From NCBI GenBank assembly GCA_963821695.1, contig CAWGEY010000009.1, positions 45,320 to 109,319 on the forward strand: a DNA stretch of 64,000 nt, written 5' to 3'. Origin of the DNA: an uncultured Actinomycetota bacterium (lineage in GTDB: Bacteria; Actinomycetota; Actinomycetes; Propionibacteriales; Propionibacteriaceae). The translations under genes were made by a program, and so were the position numbers. The notes beneath the pieces are model-generated. The model was not told the DNA's origin, ran no database searches, and saw nothing but the letters and a program-made list of their open reading frames with translations. Shown here one piece after another: positions 32,439 through 42,528 of this stretch (positions are counted from its first letter, which is position 1; the number at the start of each line of letters is the position of its first letter).

Positions 32439-35400
32439 GTGGCCACCGTGCCCGACCCGTCGACCAATCCCACCGAGACCCAGACTGAGGATCTGGCCAG
32501 CCAGTTCGGCGCCAACGACTGGCTGATCGAGGAGATGTACGAGCAGTACGTCGCCGATCCGGGCTCGGTAGACCAACGTTGGGCGGACTACTTCAAGACC
32601 CACAGTTTCGGCGGCAACGGCGCCCCGACCGCGGCGGCCAAGCAGAGCAATGGCCGCGCCGCCGAGCAGCAGTCCGCACGCAAGTCTGGTCCAGCGCCGG
32701 CGCCCGCCCAGGCCCGGGAGACCGCGCAGCGAAGCGAGCCGAAGGCCGCACCCACGAGCGAACCGGGCGCGGCGAAGAGCCCGACCCTCACCAGCAACCG
32801 GAACGTCAAGGTCGAGCAGCCGATGGAGAGCAAGGAGTCCCGGCCCGCGAACGTGGGGACCCGGGGCGCCGTCCCGGCCGATCCGCCGAACCCCTCCAGC
32901 CGACCCAACGTCGACCTGGAGGAGCCGACTCGCACCACGCTGCGGGGCGCACCGGCGCGGACCGCGAAGAACATGGACCTCTCGCTGAGCGTGCCGACCG
33001 CCACCAGCGTCCGCTCACTGCCGGTGAAGCTGCTGATCGACCAGCGCGTGGTGATCAACAACCACCTCCGCCGGGCCCGCGGCGGCAAGGTTTCCTACAC
33101 CCACCTCATCGGCTTCGCCATGGTGCAGGCACTCAAGACCAACCCCGAACTCAACGTCGGCTACGAGGTCGTCAACAACAAGCCGACCGTGGTCGTGCCC
33201 AACCACGTCAACCTCGGGCTGGCCATCGACCTTCCCCGGCCCGACGGCACCCGGCAGTTGCTCGTGCCGAGCATCAAGAGTTGTGAGGATCTCGATTTCG
33301 CCCAGTTCTGGGCGGCGTATGAAGAGATGGTCAAGAAGGCCCGCGGCAACAGCCTCACCGTCGAGGACTTCGCTGGCACGACCATCACGCTGACCAACCC
33401 GGGGACCATCGGCACCAACCACTCGGTGCCCCGGCTGATGCAGGGCCAGGGCGCGATCATCGGGGTGGGCTCGATGGAGTACCCGCCGGAGTTCCAGGGG
33501 TCCAATCCCGACAAGCTCGCCGACATGTGCGTCTCCAAGGTGATGACGCTGACCTCCACGTACGACCACCGCGTCATTCAGGGCGCGCAGTCCGGACAGT
33601 ACCTGGCGCGACTGCACGCGCTGCTGCTCGGCGAGGACGGCTTCTACGACGACGTGTTCGGGGCGCTGCGGATCCCGTACGAGCCGATCCGCTGGGCCAC
33701 CGACGTCACCACCGAGCACGAGGACCAGATCCCCAAGCAGGCGCGGATCATGGAGATGATCAACGCCTACCGGGTTCGCGGTCACCTGATGGCCGACACC
33801 GACCCGCTGGAATACCGGCAGCGCCGCCATCACGATCTCGACGTCCAGACCCACGGGCTGACGCTGTGGGATCTCGACCGCGAGTTCGCCACCGGCGTGT
33901 TCGGCGGCGGCCAGGGTCTGATGAAGATGCGCAAGATCCTCGGCATCCTCCGCGACTCCTACTGCCGCACCATCGGCCTGGAGTACATGCACATCCAGGA
34001 GCCGAGTCAGCGCAAGTGGATCCAGGAGCGGGTGGAGCGGCCGCACACGTCGCTCCCCCGCGAGGACCACCTGCGGATCCTCGACAAGCTCAACGAGGCG
34101 GAGATCTTCGAGACGTTCCTGCAGACCAAGTTCGTCGGGCAGAAACGGTTCTCCCTCGAGGGCGGCGAGTCCGCGATCGCCGTCTTGGACGAGGTCTGCG
34201 AGCAGGCCGCCGACCAGGGTCTGGAAGAGGTCTGCATCGGCATGCCGCACCGCGGCCGGCTGAACGTGTTGTCCAACGTCGTCGGCAAGAGCTACGCCCA
34301 GATCTTCCGCGAATTCGAGGGCAACATCGACCCTCGCACCGTGCAGGGCTCCGGTGACGTCAAGTACCACCTGGGTGCCGAGGGCCAGTTCAGTTCTTTG
34401 GCCGGCAACACCGTGAAGACGTCGGTGGCGGCGAATCCGAGTCACCTGGAGGCGGTCAACCCGGTGCTCGAGGGCATCGCCCGGGCCAAGCAGGACATCC
34501 TCGACCGCGGCGGGGAGTTCCCCGTCCTGCCGGTGCTGATGCACGGCGACGCCGCCTTCGCGGGCCAGGGCGTGGTCGCCGAGACCCTCAACCTGTCCCA
34601 GCTGCGCGGCTACCGGACCGGCGGCACGATCCACATCATCGTGAACAACCAAGTGGGCTTCACCACCTCGCCGACCGAGTCGCGGTCCTCCATGTACTGC
34701 ACCGACGTGGCGCGGATGATCCAGTCCCCGATCTTCCACGTGAACGGCGACGATCCCGAGGCCTGCATCCGGGTGGCCCGGCTCGCCTTCGACTTCCGGC
34801 AGGAGTTCAACAAGGACGTCGTGATCGATCTCGTGTGCTACCGGCGCCGTGGTCACAACGAGGGCGACGACCCGAGCTTCACCCAGCCGCTGATGTACGA
34901 CCTGATCGAGAAGAAGCGGTCCACCCGCAAGCTCTACACCGAGGCCCTGATCGGTCGCGGAGACATCACCGTCGAGGACGCCGAGGAAGTCATGAAGCGG
35001 TTCCAGGAGCGGTTGGAGAGCGTCTTCAAGGAGGTCCGGGACGCCAACGCGCCGATCGCGGAGAAGGACCGCAAGTACCAGACGGTGCCGGAGTATCCGG
35101 CGAAGTTCGGGGCCAAGCACGGTACCGCGATCTCGGTCGACACGCTGAAGGCCATCGCCGATGCGCACACCACCTTCCCCGAGGGCTTCACCGTGCACCC
35201 GAAGGTGATGCCGCAGCTCCAGCGTCGGGCCGCCGCGATCACCCAGGGACCCATCGACTGGGCCACCGCGGAGATCCTCGCCTTCGGCTCCCTGCTGATG
35301 GAGGGCCGCACGGTCCGGCTGACCGGCCAGGACAGCCGCCGGGGCACCTTCGTCCAACGGTTCGCGTCCATCGTGGACCGGATGACCGGCGAGTCGTGGG

Positions 35401-36293
35401 TGCCGCTCAAGCACCTGTCGGACGACCAGGGCAAGTTCCACGTCTTCGACTCGCTGCTCAGCGAGTTCGCGACCATGGGCTTCGAGTACGGCTACTCGGT
35501 CGCCCGCCCGGAGGCTCTGGTGCTCTGGGAGGCGCAGTTCGGCGACTTCGCCAACGGCGCGCAGACGATCATCGACGAGTTCATCTCCTCCGGTCAGGCT
35601 AAGTGGACCCAGAAGTCCGGCGTCGTCCTGCTGCTCCCGCACGGCTACGAGGGCCAGGGCCCGGACCACTCATCCGCCCGGCCCGAGCGGTGGCTGCAGC
35701 TGGCGGCGGAGAACTCGATCACCATCTGCCAGCCGTCGTCGCCCGCCAGCCACTTCCACATGCTGCGGCAGCAGGCGCTCGGGGAGATCCACCGACCGCT
35801 GATCGTGATGACGCCGAAGTCGATGCTGCGGAACAAGGCCGCCGTGTCGCACCCGGCCGACTTCACCGAGGGCAGCTGGCGACCCGTCCTCGTCGATCCG
35901 GTGCCGGATCCCGAGCAGGTGCAGACGGTGCTGCTGTGCTCGGGCAAGGTCCGCTGGGACCTGTTGGCCGGCCGCTCGGCGGCCGACCGCCACGGTACGC
36001 TGCCGATCATGGCGGTGGAGTCGCTCTACCCGCTGCCGCGGCGGACCCTGGCCGCGGAGCTGGCCAAGTATCCCAACGCGAACGAGTTGCGCTGGGTCCA
36101 GGACGAGCCGGAAAACCAGGGCGCGTGGCCGTACATGGCCCTGAACCTGCTCCCGGCTCTGACCGAGGTCGACCCGGACCGCTCCTGGACGCTGAACTCG
36201 GTCACCCGCGCCGCATCCTCCGCGCCATCGGTGGGCTCCGCCGGGGTACACCAGGCGCAGCAGCGGGAGTTGATCAAGACCGCGACGGCCTGA
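32439..36293 (+). CDS. kgd: multifunctional 2-oxoglutarate decarboxylase/dehydrogenase (E2-E1 fusion)
   Basis: FGANDWL, STYDHRVIQGA, GMPHRGRLN, HGDAAF, WEAQFGDF, GQGPDHSS. Confidence 0.97.
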   Translation: MATVPDPSTNPTETQTEDLASQFGANDWLIEEMYEQYVADPGSVDQRWADYFKTHSFGGNGAPTAAAKQSNGRAAEQQSARKSGPAPAPAQARETAQRSEPKAAPTSEPGAAKSPTLTSNRNVKVEQPMESKESRPANVGTRGAVPADPPNPSSRPNVDLEEPTRTTLRGAPARTAKNMDLSLSVPTATSVRSLPVKLLIDQRVVINNHLRRARGGKVSYTHLIGFAMVQALKTNPELNVGYEVVNNKPTVVVPNHVNLGLAIDLPRPDGTRQLLVPSIKSCEDLDFAQFWAAYEEMVKKARGNSLTVEDFAGTTITLTNPGTIGTNHSVPRLMQGQGAIIGVGSMEYPPEFQGSNPDKLADMCVSKVMTLTSTYDHRVIQGAQSGQYLARLHALLLGEDGFYDDVFGALRIPYEPIRWATDVTTEHEDQIPKQARIMEMINAYRVRGHLMADTDPLEYRQRRHHDLDVQTHGLTLWDLDREFATGVFGGGQGLMKMRKILGILRDSYCRTIGLEYMHIQEPSQRKWIQERVERPHTSLPREDHLRILDKLNEAEIFETFLQTKFVGQKRFSLEGGESAIAVLDEVCEQAADQGLEEVCIGMPHRGRLNVLSNVVGKSYAQIFREFEGNIDPRTVQGSGDVKYHLGAEGQFSSLAGNTVKTSVAANPSHLEAVNPVLEGIARAKQDILDRGGEFPVLPVLMHGDAAFAGQGVVAETLNLSQLRGYRTGGTIHIIVNNQVGFTTSPTESRSSMYCTDVARMIQSPIFHVNGDDPEACIRVARLAFDFRQEFNKDVVIDLVCYRRRGHNEGDDPSFTQPLMYDLIEKKRSTRKLYTEALIGRGDITVEDAEEVMKRFQERLESVFKEVRDANAPIAEKDRKYQTVPEYPAKFGAKHGTAISVDTLKAIADAHTTFPEGFTVHPKVMPQLQRRAAAITQGPIDWATAEILAFGSLLMEGRTVRLTGQDSRRGTFVQRFASIVDRMTGESWVPLKHLSDDQGKFHVFDSLLSEFATMGFEYGYSVARPEALVLWEAQFGDFANGAQTIIDEFISSGQAKWTQKSGVVLLLPHGYEGQGPDHSSARPERWLQLAAENSITICQPSSPASHFHMLRQQALGEIHRPLIVMTPKSMLRNKAAVSHPADFTEGSWRPVLVDPVPDPEQVQTVLLCSGKVRWDLLAGRSAADRHGTLPIMAVESLYPLPRRTLAAELAKYPNANELRWVQDEPENQGAWPYMALNLLPALTEVDPDRSWTLNSVTRAASSAPSVGSAGVHQAQQRELIKTATA

Positions 36294-36303
36294 CGGGCCC
36301 CAG

Positions 36304-36477
36304 GTGTACTTCACCGATCGCGGCATCGAGGAGCTCGAGACACGCAGGGGTGACGACGAAGTCACCCTTGCGTGGCTCGCCGAGCAACTCCGAAGCTTCG
36401 TCGACCTGCATCCAGAGTTCGAGGTCCCGGTCGAGAGGCTGGCCACCTGGCTCGCCCGTCTCGACGACGAGGACTGA
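36304..36477 (+). CDS. DUF6104 family protein, 57 aa (not in ORF track)
   Basis: MYFTDRGIEELETRRGDDEVTLAWLAEQLRSFVDLHPEFEVPVERLATWLARLDDED*, the small gene usually found after kgd. Confidence 0.85.
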   Translation: MYFTDRGIEELETRRGDDEVTLAWLAEQLRSFVDLHPEFEVPVERLATWLARLDDED

Positions 36478-36491
36478 GCCGGCCTGACTTC

Positions 36492-36681
36492 CGAGCCGCG
36501 TTTTCCGACCAGTGTCGAATCCGCGGCCGCCCGTGCCGCGAGCCGCCTTCCAACCAGTGTCGACGTGGCCGCCCAGCCAGCCCGAGCCGCCTTTTCCAAC
36601 CAGTGTCGACTTCCGCGGCCGCCCAGCCAGCCCGAGCCGCCTTTTCCAACCAGTGTCGAGTTCCGCGGCCGCCCCAGCGAG
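36492..36681. repeat. 4-copy tandem repeat, 44-50 bp units
   Basis: Core CGAGCCGCCTTTTCCAACCAGTGTCGA starts at 36492, 36539, 36583 and 36633, with minor variants. Confidence 0.9.
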
Positions 36682-36700
36682 CGCCGACAGGGCAGAACAC

Positions 36701-37673
36701 CTAGGGCTCGAGCACGACCTTGCCGAACACCTCGCCGGCGATCAGGGCCGCGAACCCCTCCCTCGGCCTCGGCCAGCGGCAGGATGCGGTCGATCGGGGG
36801 ACGGACCCCGGTGGCGACCAAGTGGCGGCCACCGCTGCCAGCTCCTCGCGGGTGCCCATGGTCGAACCGATCACCCGCAGCGGTTTGAAGAAGATCTTGG
36901 TCAGCTCGGCCCGGCTGGGTTCGGAGCCGGAGGTGGTGCCGCTGAGGACCAGCGTGCCGCCGGGCCTGAGCGAGTTGATCGAGTGCGACCAGGTCGCCGC
37001 CCCGACCGTGTCCATGACGGCGTCGACCCGTTCGGGCAGCCGGGCACCGGAGTCGAACCCGGCGTGCGCGCCGAGCTCGACGGCCCGCTCGGCCCGCTCC
37101 GGAGCCCGGGAGGTGACCCAGACCCGCAGTCCGGCGTGCCGGCCCAGCATGATCAACGCGGTCGCCACCCCGCCACCCGCGCCCTGGACCAGCACGGTCT
37201 GACCCGGGCGCGACCCGGCCGCGATGAACAGCATCCGGTACGCCGTCAGCCACGCCGTCGGTAGGCACGCCGCCTCCGCGAACGACAGCTCGGCCGGCTT
37301 GTCGACCAGGTTCCCGGCCGGCACCCGGACCCGCTCGGCCAACGTGCCCGGGTAGCGCTCCGAGAGCAAGCGACCTGGCCGGATCGAGGGTGGCGTCCGG
37401 GCCGGAGAAGAGCGGATCGGTGATCACGGCGTGCACGATCACCTCGCGACCGTCGGCGGTCACCCCCGCCGCGTCGCAGCCGAGGATCATCGGCAACCGG
37501 TCGGCCGGCAGCCCCACCCCACGCAGCGACCAGACGTCGTGATGATTGAGCGCGGCCGCCCGGACCTCGACGTCGACCCACTCCGCCGGCGTCTCCCCCG
37601 GCTCGACCTCGCCGACCTCCAACGCGCTCCCTGGGTCGTCGGCGTTGGCCCCGGCGGCATACGCGGCAAGCAT
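36701..37673 (-). CDS. zinc-binding dehydrogenase / quinone oxidoreductase (MDR family); frameshifts near 37372 and 36760-36830
   Basis: AALNHHD, ILGCDAAG, LPTAWLTAYR, QGAGGGVA, GSTMG, GKVVL. Confidence 0.85.
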
Positions 37674-37789
37674 GTGGGCACCTAAACCGGGAGGGCTGCG
37701 GCAGCTGCTGCGACCGCGGCACGTTTGGACAGACGCAGCTCAGCCTTCCGGATCTGGCTGCCGAGAGGCCCATCGCTAGAGTGCCGAGC

Positions 37790-38939
37790 GTGACTGACGC
37801 CGACGTCGATGCCGTGGTCCGGACCTTCGCCGACGAGATCGGCAAGCAGCCCGATGGGGTGTGGGCCGCGCCCGGCCGGGTCAACCTGATCGGCGAGCAC
37901 ACCGACTACAACGACGGCTTCGTGATGCCCTTCGCGCTGAGCCAGCGGGTGACCGTGGCCGCCGCGTCGCGGGACGACGACACCTGGCGGGTCAGCTCGG
38001 TCAACAACGGCGAGACCGCAGCCTTCGCTCGCGGCGACCTGACGCCCGGCCGGTCCGGCTGGCACGCGTACGTCGCCGGGGTCGTCTGGGCCCTGGAGGA
38101 GGCGGGCCACGAGGTGGGCGGCGCCGACCTCGTACTCACCTCCGATGTACCGATCGGTGCCGGGCTGTCCTCATCCGCGGCCCTGGAGTGCGCCACCCTG
38201 GCCTCGCTGGCCGACCTGTTCGACCTCAACATCGAGCCGTTGGAACGGGCCAAGCTGGCCCGCCGGTGCGAGAACGAGTTCGTCGGTGCCCCGACCGGTC
38301 TGATGGACCAGGCGGCCTCAACCCTGTGCGTCGACGGGACATGCCCTGTTCTTCGACTGCCGCAGCTTCGAGTTCCGGCAGGTGCCGCTCGGACTCGAGG
38401 CCGCCGGCCTGGAGATCCTCGTCCTCGACACCTTCACGCCGCACGCGTTGGTCGACAGCGAGTACGCCGCCCGCCGGGCCAGCTGCGAGAAAGCCGCGGC
38501 CATCCTCGGTGTGCCCGCTCTCCGCGACATCACCGATCTCGACGCCGCCCTCGCCGCACTCCCCGACGAGATCATGCAGCGCCGGGTCCGGCACGTGGTG
38601 ACCGAGAACGACCGGGTGCTGCTGGCCGCCGACCTGCTCGCGGCCGGAAAGCTCCGGGACCTGGCGCCACTACTGGACGCCAGTCACGCCTCGATGCGGG
38701 ACGACTTCGAGATCACGGTGCCCACCGTGGACTTGGCGGTGATCGTCGCCCGGGAGGCCGGCGCTATCGGAGCCCGAATGACCGGCGGCGGCTTCGGTGG
38801 CTGCATCATCGCGCTCGTACCGGCCGGCTCCGCGGACGCGGTGGCGGCGGAGATCTATCGGCGGTTCGAAGAATCAGGCTTCCGCGAACCGGCGCACTTC
38901 GTGGCTCGGCCGTCCGCGGGAGCACATCGCCTCCGCTGA
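37790..38939 (+). CDS. galK: galactokinase; frameshift near 38340
   Basis: APGRVNLIGEHTDYN, PIGAGLSSSAA, GLMDQ, GARMTGGGFGG. TAGAGT 7 nt upstream of the GTG. Confidence 0.93.
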
Positions 38940-38956
38940 CGTGGTGGAAGGACCTG

Positions 38957-39814
38957 TCACCGAGCCGCGAGCTCCGACAGGTCGGCGACCCGGACCGCCG
39001 GGGGGACGCCGAACGATGCGACAACCTTCGTGTCGCTGAGCCCGACCCGGGAGATCGGATCGGGGGCGGCGATCACGGCGGTCTCGGGAAGTCCTGGGCG
39101 TACGTCGAAGAAGTGCAGTTGGTCGGAGAAATCGAGCGCGACCACCCGGCTGCCGTCCGGCGTGATCGCCGCGTCGAGCCACGCCCCGTCCGCGCTCCCG
39201 AGCGGTTGGCCGTCGGCAGCGACCAACAGCCGCCCGTGGTCGGCGATCAACAGCAGGCGTTCGTCGGCGGCGGACTCGATCCGGAAGGGCGGAACCACGG
39301 AGGGGAGCGATCCGAGCGCGGTGCCAGCATGGTCGAGAACGCGCGGCCCCCGGCACCCGACGACGAGCCGCTCCTGGCCGCACCACAACGCCTCCGGCGC
39401 CAGGTCGTGGGCTCGCCAGAGCACCGTCACCTGATCGCCGGCGAGCGCGGCGACCACCGCCGGGCTCTCGGCCCCAAGCGGACCTCCCCACCGTCCGGCC
39501 GCCAGCACGAGCCCGCCGTCCGGAGAGCGCGTGGCCATGGTCTGCTCGTAGCCCGGCAGCGCATCGGCCAGGAAGGGTCCGAACTCGGAGCGGCCGGTGG
39601 TCAGGTCCGTGAGGCAACTGCCCCAGCTCACGGTGTCGCCGACGACAACGGGCCGGGCGGGATTCGGCCGAGGGCTCGTGACCTCGGCGATGATCACACC
39701 GGATCGCCACCCGGTCAGTCGCGACAGGGTCGCGGCCACGACGACGTCGCCGGCGATGGCCACGGCCCCGCCCAGCTCACCGGGGAGCGCCGACCACGGT
39801 CCGCCGGCGCTCAC
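38957..39814 (-). CDS. hypothetical beta-propeller (WD40-like) protein
   Basis: Blade-like repeats SPDGGLVLAAG and AAITPDGSRVVALD..LHFFDV. Start overlaps the upstream stop (GTGA). Confidence 0.65.
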   Translation of the reverse strand: MSAGGPWSALPGELGGAVAIAGDVVVAATLSRLTGWRSGVIIAEVTSPRPNPARPVVVGDTVSWGSCLTDLTTGRSEFGPFLADALPGYEQTMATRSPDGGLVLAAGRWGGPLGAESPAVVAALAGDQVTVLWRAHDLAPEALWCGQERLVVGCRGPRVLDHAGTALGSLPSVVPPFRIESAADERLLLIADHGRLLVAADGQPLGSADGAWLDAAITPDGSRVVALDFSDQLHFFDVRPGLPETAVIAAPDPISRVGLSDTKVVASFGVPPAVRVADLSELAAR

Positions 39815-42411
39815 GGGCCGGTCACCAGCGTGCGGTGCACGAACCCGAGGCGCCCGGAGCGGTCGATGCCCACCCAGTCGTGCGCGAAGCCGACCGCCGG
39901 AAGCGTCTCGCCCTTCTTCGCAACGGCGAACGCCGGCACCGACATGTTGGGCTGCGGCCGGATGTTCACCCGCGACGCCAGGACGACCGCCTCGAACGGC
40001 TGCGGCTCGATCCGCACTTCGTTCCGCTTGCCCTTGCGGACCTGCGCGTTGGCCTTCGGCAGCTCAACCTTCTTCCCACCCTTACCGACGACAACGACGG
40101 TGGAGATCGCGCCGAGGGTCGTGAGCAGGTCGTTCTCGTCGGCTCCGTCGAGCTGATCCTTCACCGCCTTGCTGAACTGGGGGCCGGTGGCCGGTTTCTC
40201 CACCTGATCGAGCATGAAGGCCCGCACGTCGGCGTTGGCGGCGTCGGTCTCCATCCAGGCGAGCGCGAGCCGGATGCGCCCGATCGTCACGGCGGCCTTG
40301 GCCGGAAACAGCAGCGCCGACTTGAGCTTGATCCACGGGGTCTGCAGCCGGGAGGCGATGTAGCCGCGGGTTGCGGTCGGGGTGGCGTCCAGCCACGCGA
40401 TCATCGGATCGGCCCGAGGGCCGCCCGCCGCGAGCCACGCCTGGTCGATGGCGATGCGCCCGTTGCGAGCGGGCCCGCTGCCTGGAGCGACGAAGGTCGG
40501 CATGACGCCGAGGAAGTCGTAGAGCCTCAGCCCCAGCGGTTGCTTGTTCACGGCGTCCGCGACATGGGCGGCGTTGCGGCCGTGGCCGTCGTCGGCGTTG
40601 CCGACCAGGAACGGCGGTCCCACCATGTGCGCCAGCTGGTTCAGCTTCTCGACGGGCACGCCCGCACCAGGAGCGACGCCGTCCAGCGCCACCTGCACGC
40701 CGGCGATCGTCACCTCGTCGAACCAGCCGTGCTTGGGTGAGACTCCGGCCTTGAGGCGGGTGCGCAGCTGGGTCTCCGCCGTCACCGGCCCCGTGGCGCC
40801 GCCGGTCGAGGCGACCTCGACCGCAGCCCGGAACACACCTTCCGGCTCGTGCCCGGTGGCCACGTAGGTCAGCGCGTCGCCGAACGCCGTGGGGTCGAAG
40901 TCGTACTGCACACCCATGTTGCCGGTCTTGTCCATCAGCGACGACGAGCCGGACAGCCCCACGCTGGCCCGGGCCGCCTGGGTGAATCCGGGCTTCAGAC
41001 CGGCGGCGGCCCCGCGTTGCTCGGTGAAGGCGGCCAGGCTCGGATTGCCGGCGATGTGGGCGCCCGCGGTCGCCGACTTGTCCAGAGGTACTGGATTGGA
41101 CCCGACGAGGCACCCGGCGTAGACGACGCGCGCCGTCTTGGGATCCATGTTGGTGATCAGCGTGTCGAGCAGCTTCTGGGTCGCCTCCTTCTTGGCCGGA
41201 TCGGCGATGTCCATCGACTCCGCACCGTAGGAGACGTTCCCGCCCGAGACCGTAGCCGGGCCGTGACCGGCCAGCTCGACCTTCGTCGCCTCGCCGTGCC
41301 CGGCGATCATCACCTGCCCGATCCGGGGCGTGCCCTTGGCGTCCTTCTTCCCGTACGTGGCCGCGACGGTCGGTACGGCCGCCGTGATGTCGGCCAACGA
41401 CGCCGAGCCTTCCAGCATGAGGTGCAGATTGCGCTTGTCGGCGACCAGGTCGGCAAAGAGCTTCCGGCTGGCGAGGAACGCGCCCGCCGCATCGTGCCCA
41501 CTGAACAAGATCAGGTGTACGGGTCGCTTCCGGGAGGTGTCGGCCCAGTTGGTGACGAGGTCCTTCAACATGTCGACCGGGAAGCGGTGCAGGTTGCGGA
41601 CCCGGCCCTTGAGGCTGGCGAACGGGGCGATGCCGGGAGCCCGGACGAGGTCGAGGATCAGCTGGAACTCCTCAGCCCGGGCGCCCGCGGTCACTTCGTA
41701 CCGTTGTTGGAGGTGGGGCTCGTACTGCTTGAAGTACGCGTCCAGCTGGGGCACGAGGGCGCCGGTGTGCACATCGAGCAGCTGAGCCTCGGACACGCAC
41801 GAACCCATGACGGCGGGCGGGATGACGGGCTTCAACGCCAACAGGGTCTTGCCGATGGCGATCCGGTCGGCGAGGGGTCGGGGAGCCGCGTCGATGAGGC
41901 GAACGGTGTCGCCGTTGTTGCGTCGGCCCCGGCCGTACTCGGCCAGCGCGGTCCAGTCGGCCGCCGCCACGGTGCGGAGCTCGGAGAGCAGGAGGTCGCC
42001 GACGCCGGCCAGAATGTGCGGGCCCTCCGTCGTCCGGCGCAGCAGAGCGTGCAGGTCGGTCCGCTCGGCCGCGGTGAGCGCCTTCTTGGGATCCTTCTCG
42101 GCGAACCAGTCGGCCTGCACCTCGATCGACTTCTCGAAGTCGCCGAGGGTGGTCCCGGGAGGGTCGAGGAGCTCCGCCCGCGTGTGCCGGTGCACGTCAG
42201 TGCCGGCTACCTTGTGCCGCTGGACGACGGGCCGCATGCCGCCCTCGGCGATGATGCCGGCGACCACCGAGTTGCCGATCGACTGCTGCAGCCGCATCAA
42301 CAGCGGCGCCGTACGACCGTGCGGTGACTGGCCTGGGCCTGCGGAAGAGTGCCGGACGCGACTCGGCCTCCGCGCGTCGTCGCCGCGCGGTTCGAGCAGA
42401 CTGTGGCCCAT
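39811..42411 (-). CDS. 866-aa putative effector: eCIS-cargo-like N-terminus, clan CD-like peptidase core, C-terminal SH3b-like domain
   Basis: GGGAG RBS before ATG 42411. LMRLQQSIGNSVVA..PVVQR; QVMIAGHG..VVYAGCLVG; VNIRPQP..G..L..DWVGI..GRLGFVH. Confidence 0.75.
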   Translation of the reverse strand: MGHSLLEPRGDDARRPSRVRHSSAGPGQSPHGRTAPLLMRLQQSIGNSVVAGIIAEGGMRPVVQRHKVAGTDVHRHTRAELLDPPGTTLGDFEKSIEVQADWFAEKDPKKALTAAERTDLHALLRRTTEGPHILAGVGDLLLSELRTVAAADWTALAEYGRGRRNNGDTVRLIDAAPRPLADRIAIGKTLLALKPVIPPAVMGSCVSEAQLLDVHTGALVPQLDAYFKQYEPHLQQRYEVTAGARAEEFQLILDLVRAPGIAPFASLKGRVRNLHRFPVDMLKDLVTNWADTSRKRPVHLILFSGHDAAGAFLASRKLFADLVADKRNLHLMLEGSASLADITAAVPTVAATYGKKDAKGTPRIGQVMIAGHGEATKVELAGHGPATVSGGNVSYGAESMDIADPAKKEATQKLLDTLITNMDPKTARVVYAGCLVGSNPVPLDKSATAGAHIAGNPSLAAFTEQRGAAAGLKPGFTQAARASVGLSGSSSLMDKTGNMGVQYDFDPTAFGDALTYVATGHEPEGVFRAAVEVASTGGATGPVTAETQLRTRLKAGVSPKHGWFDEVTIAGVQVALDGVAPGAGVPVEKLNQLAHMVGPPFLVGNADDGHGRNAAHVADAVNKQPLGLRLYDFLGVMPTFVAPGSGPARNGRIAIDQAWLAAGGPRADPMIAWLDATPTATRGYIASRLQTPWIKLKSALLFPAKAAVTIGRIRLALAWMETDAANADVRAFMLDQVEKPATGPQFSKAVKDQLDGADENDLLTTLGAISTVVVVGKGGKKVELPKANAQVRKGKRNEVRIEPQPFEAVVLASRVNIRPQPNMSVPAFAVAKKGETLPAVGFAHDWVGIDRSGRLGFVHRTLVTGP

Positions 42412-42528
42412 CCGTCGCTCCCCACGAGAGGCTCCGGACCATCGTCGCACCCCGCACCCGCCCCGGTGAGCGGTCGCTCGGGTTCCGATGCGGGCAGCGC
42501 CGGTTGCCCGATCGAGCACGCCGGGCCG

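Noticed and set aside
33015-35669. 884-aa - strand ORF
   Set aside because: Antisense shadow of kgd with no independent motifs.
36492-36681. CRISPR array
   Set aside because: The inter-repeat segments are only 19-23 bp and similar to each other, the repeats are degenerate, and there are no cas genes or AT-rich leader.
37781-40156. 791-aa GalK with a long C-terminal extension
   Set aside because: Frameshift near 38340; the true GalK C-terminus is in ORF 38382..38939.
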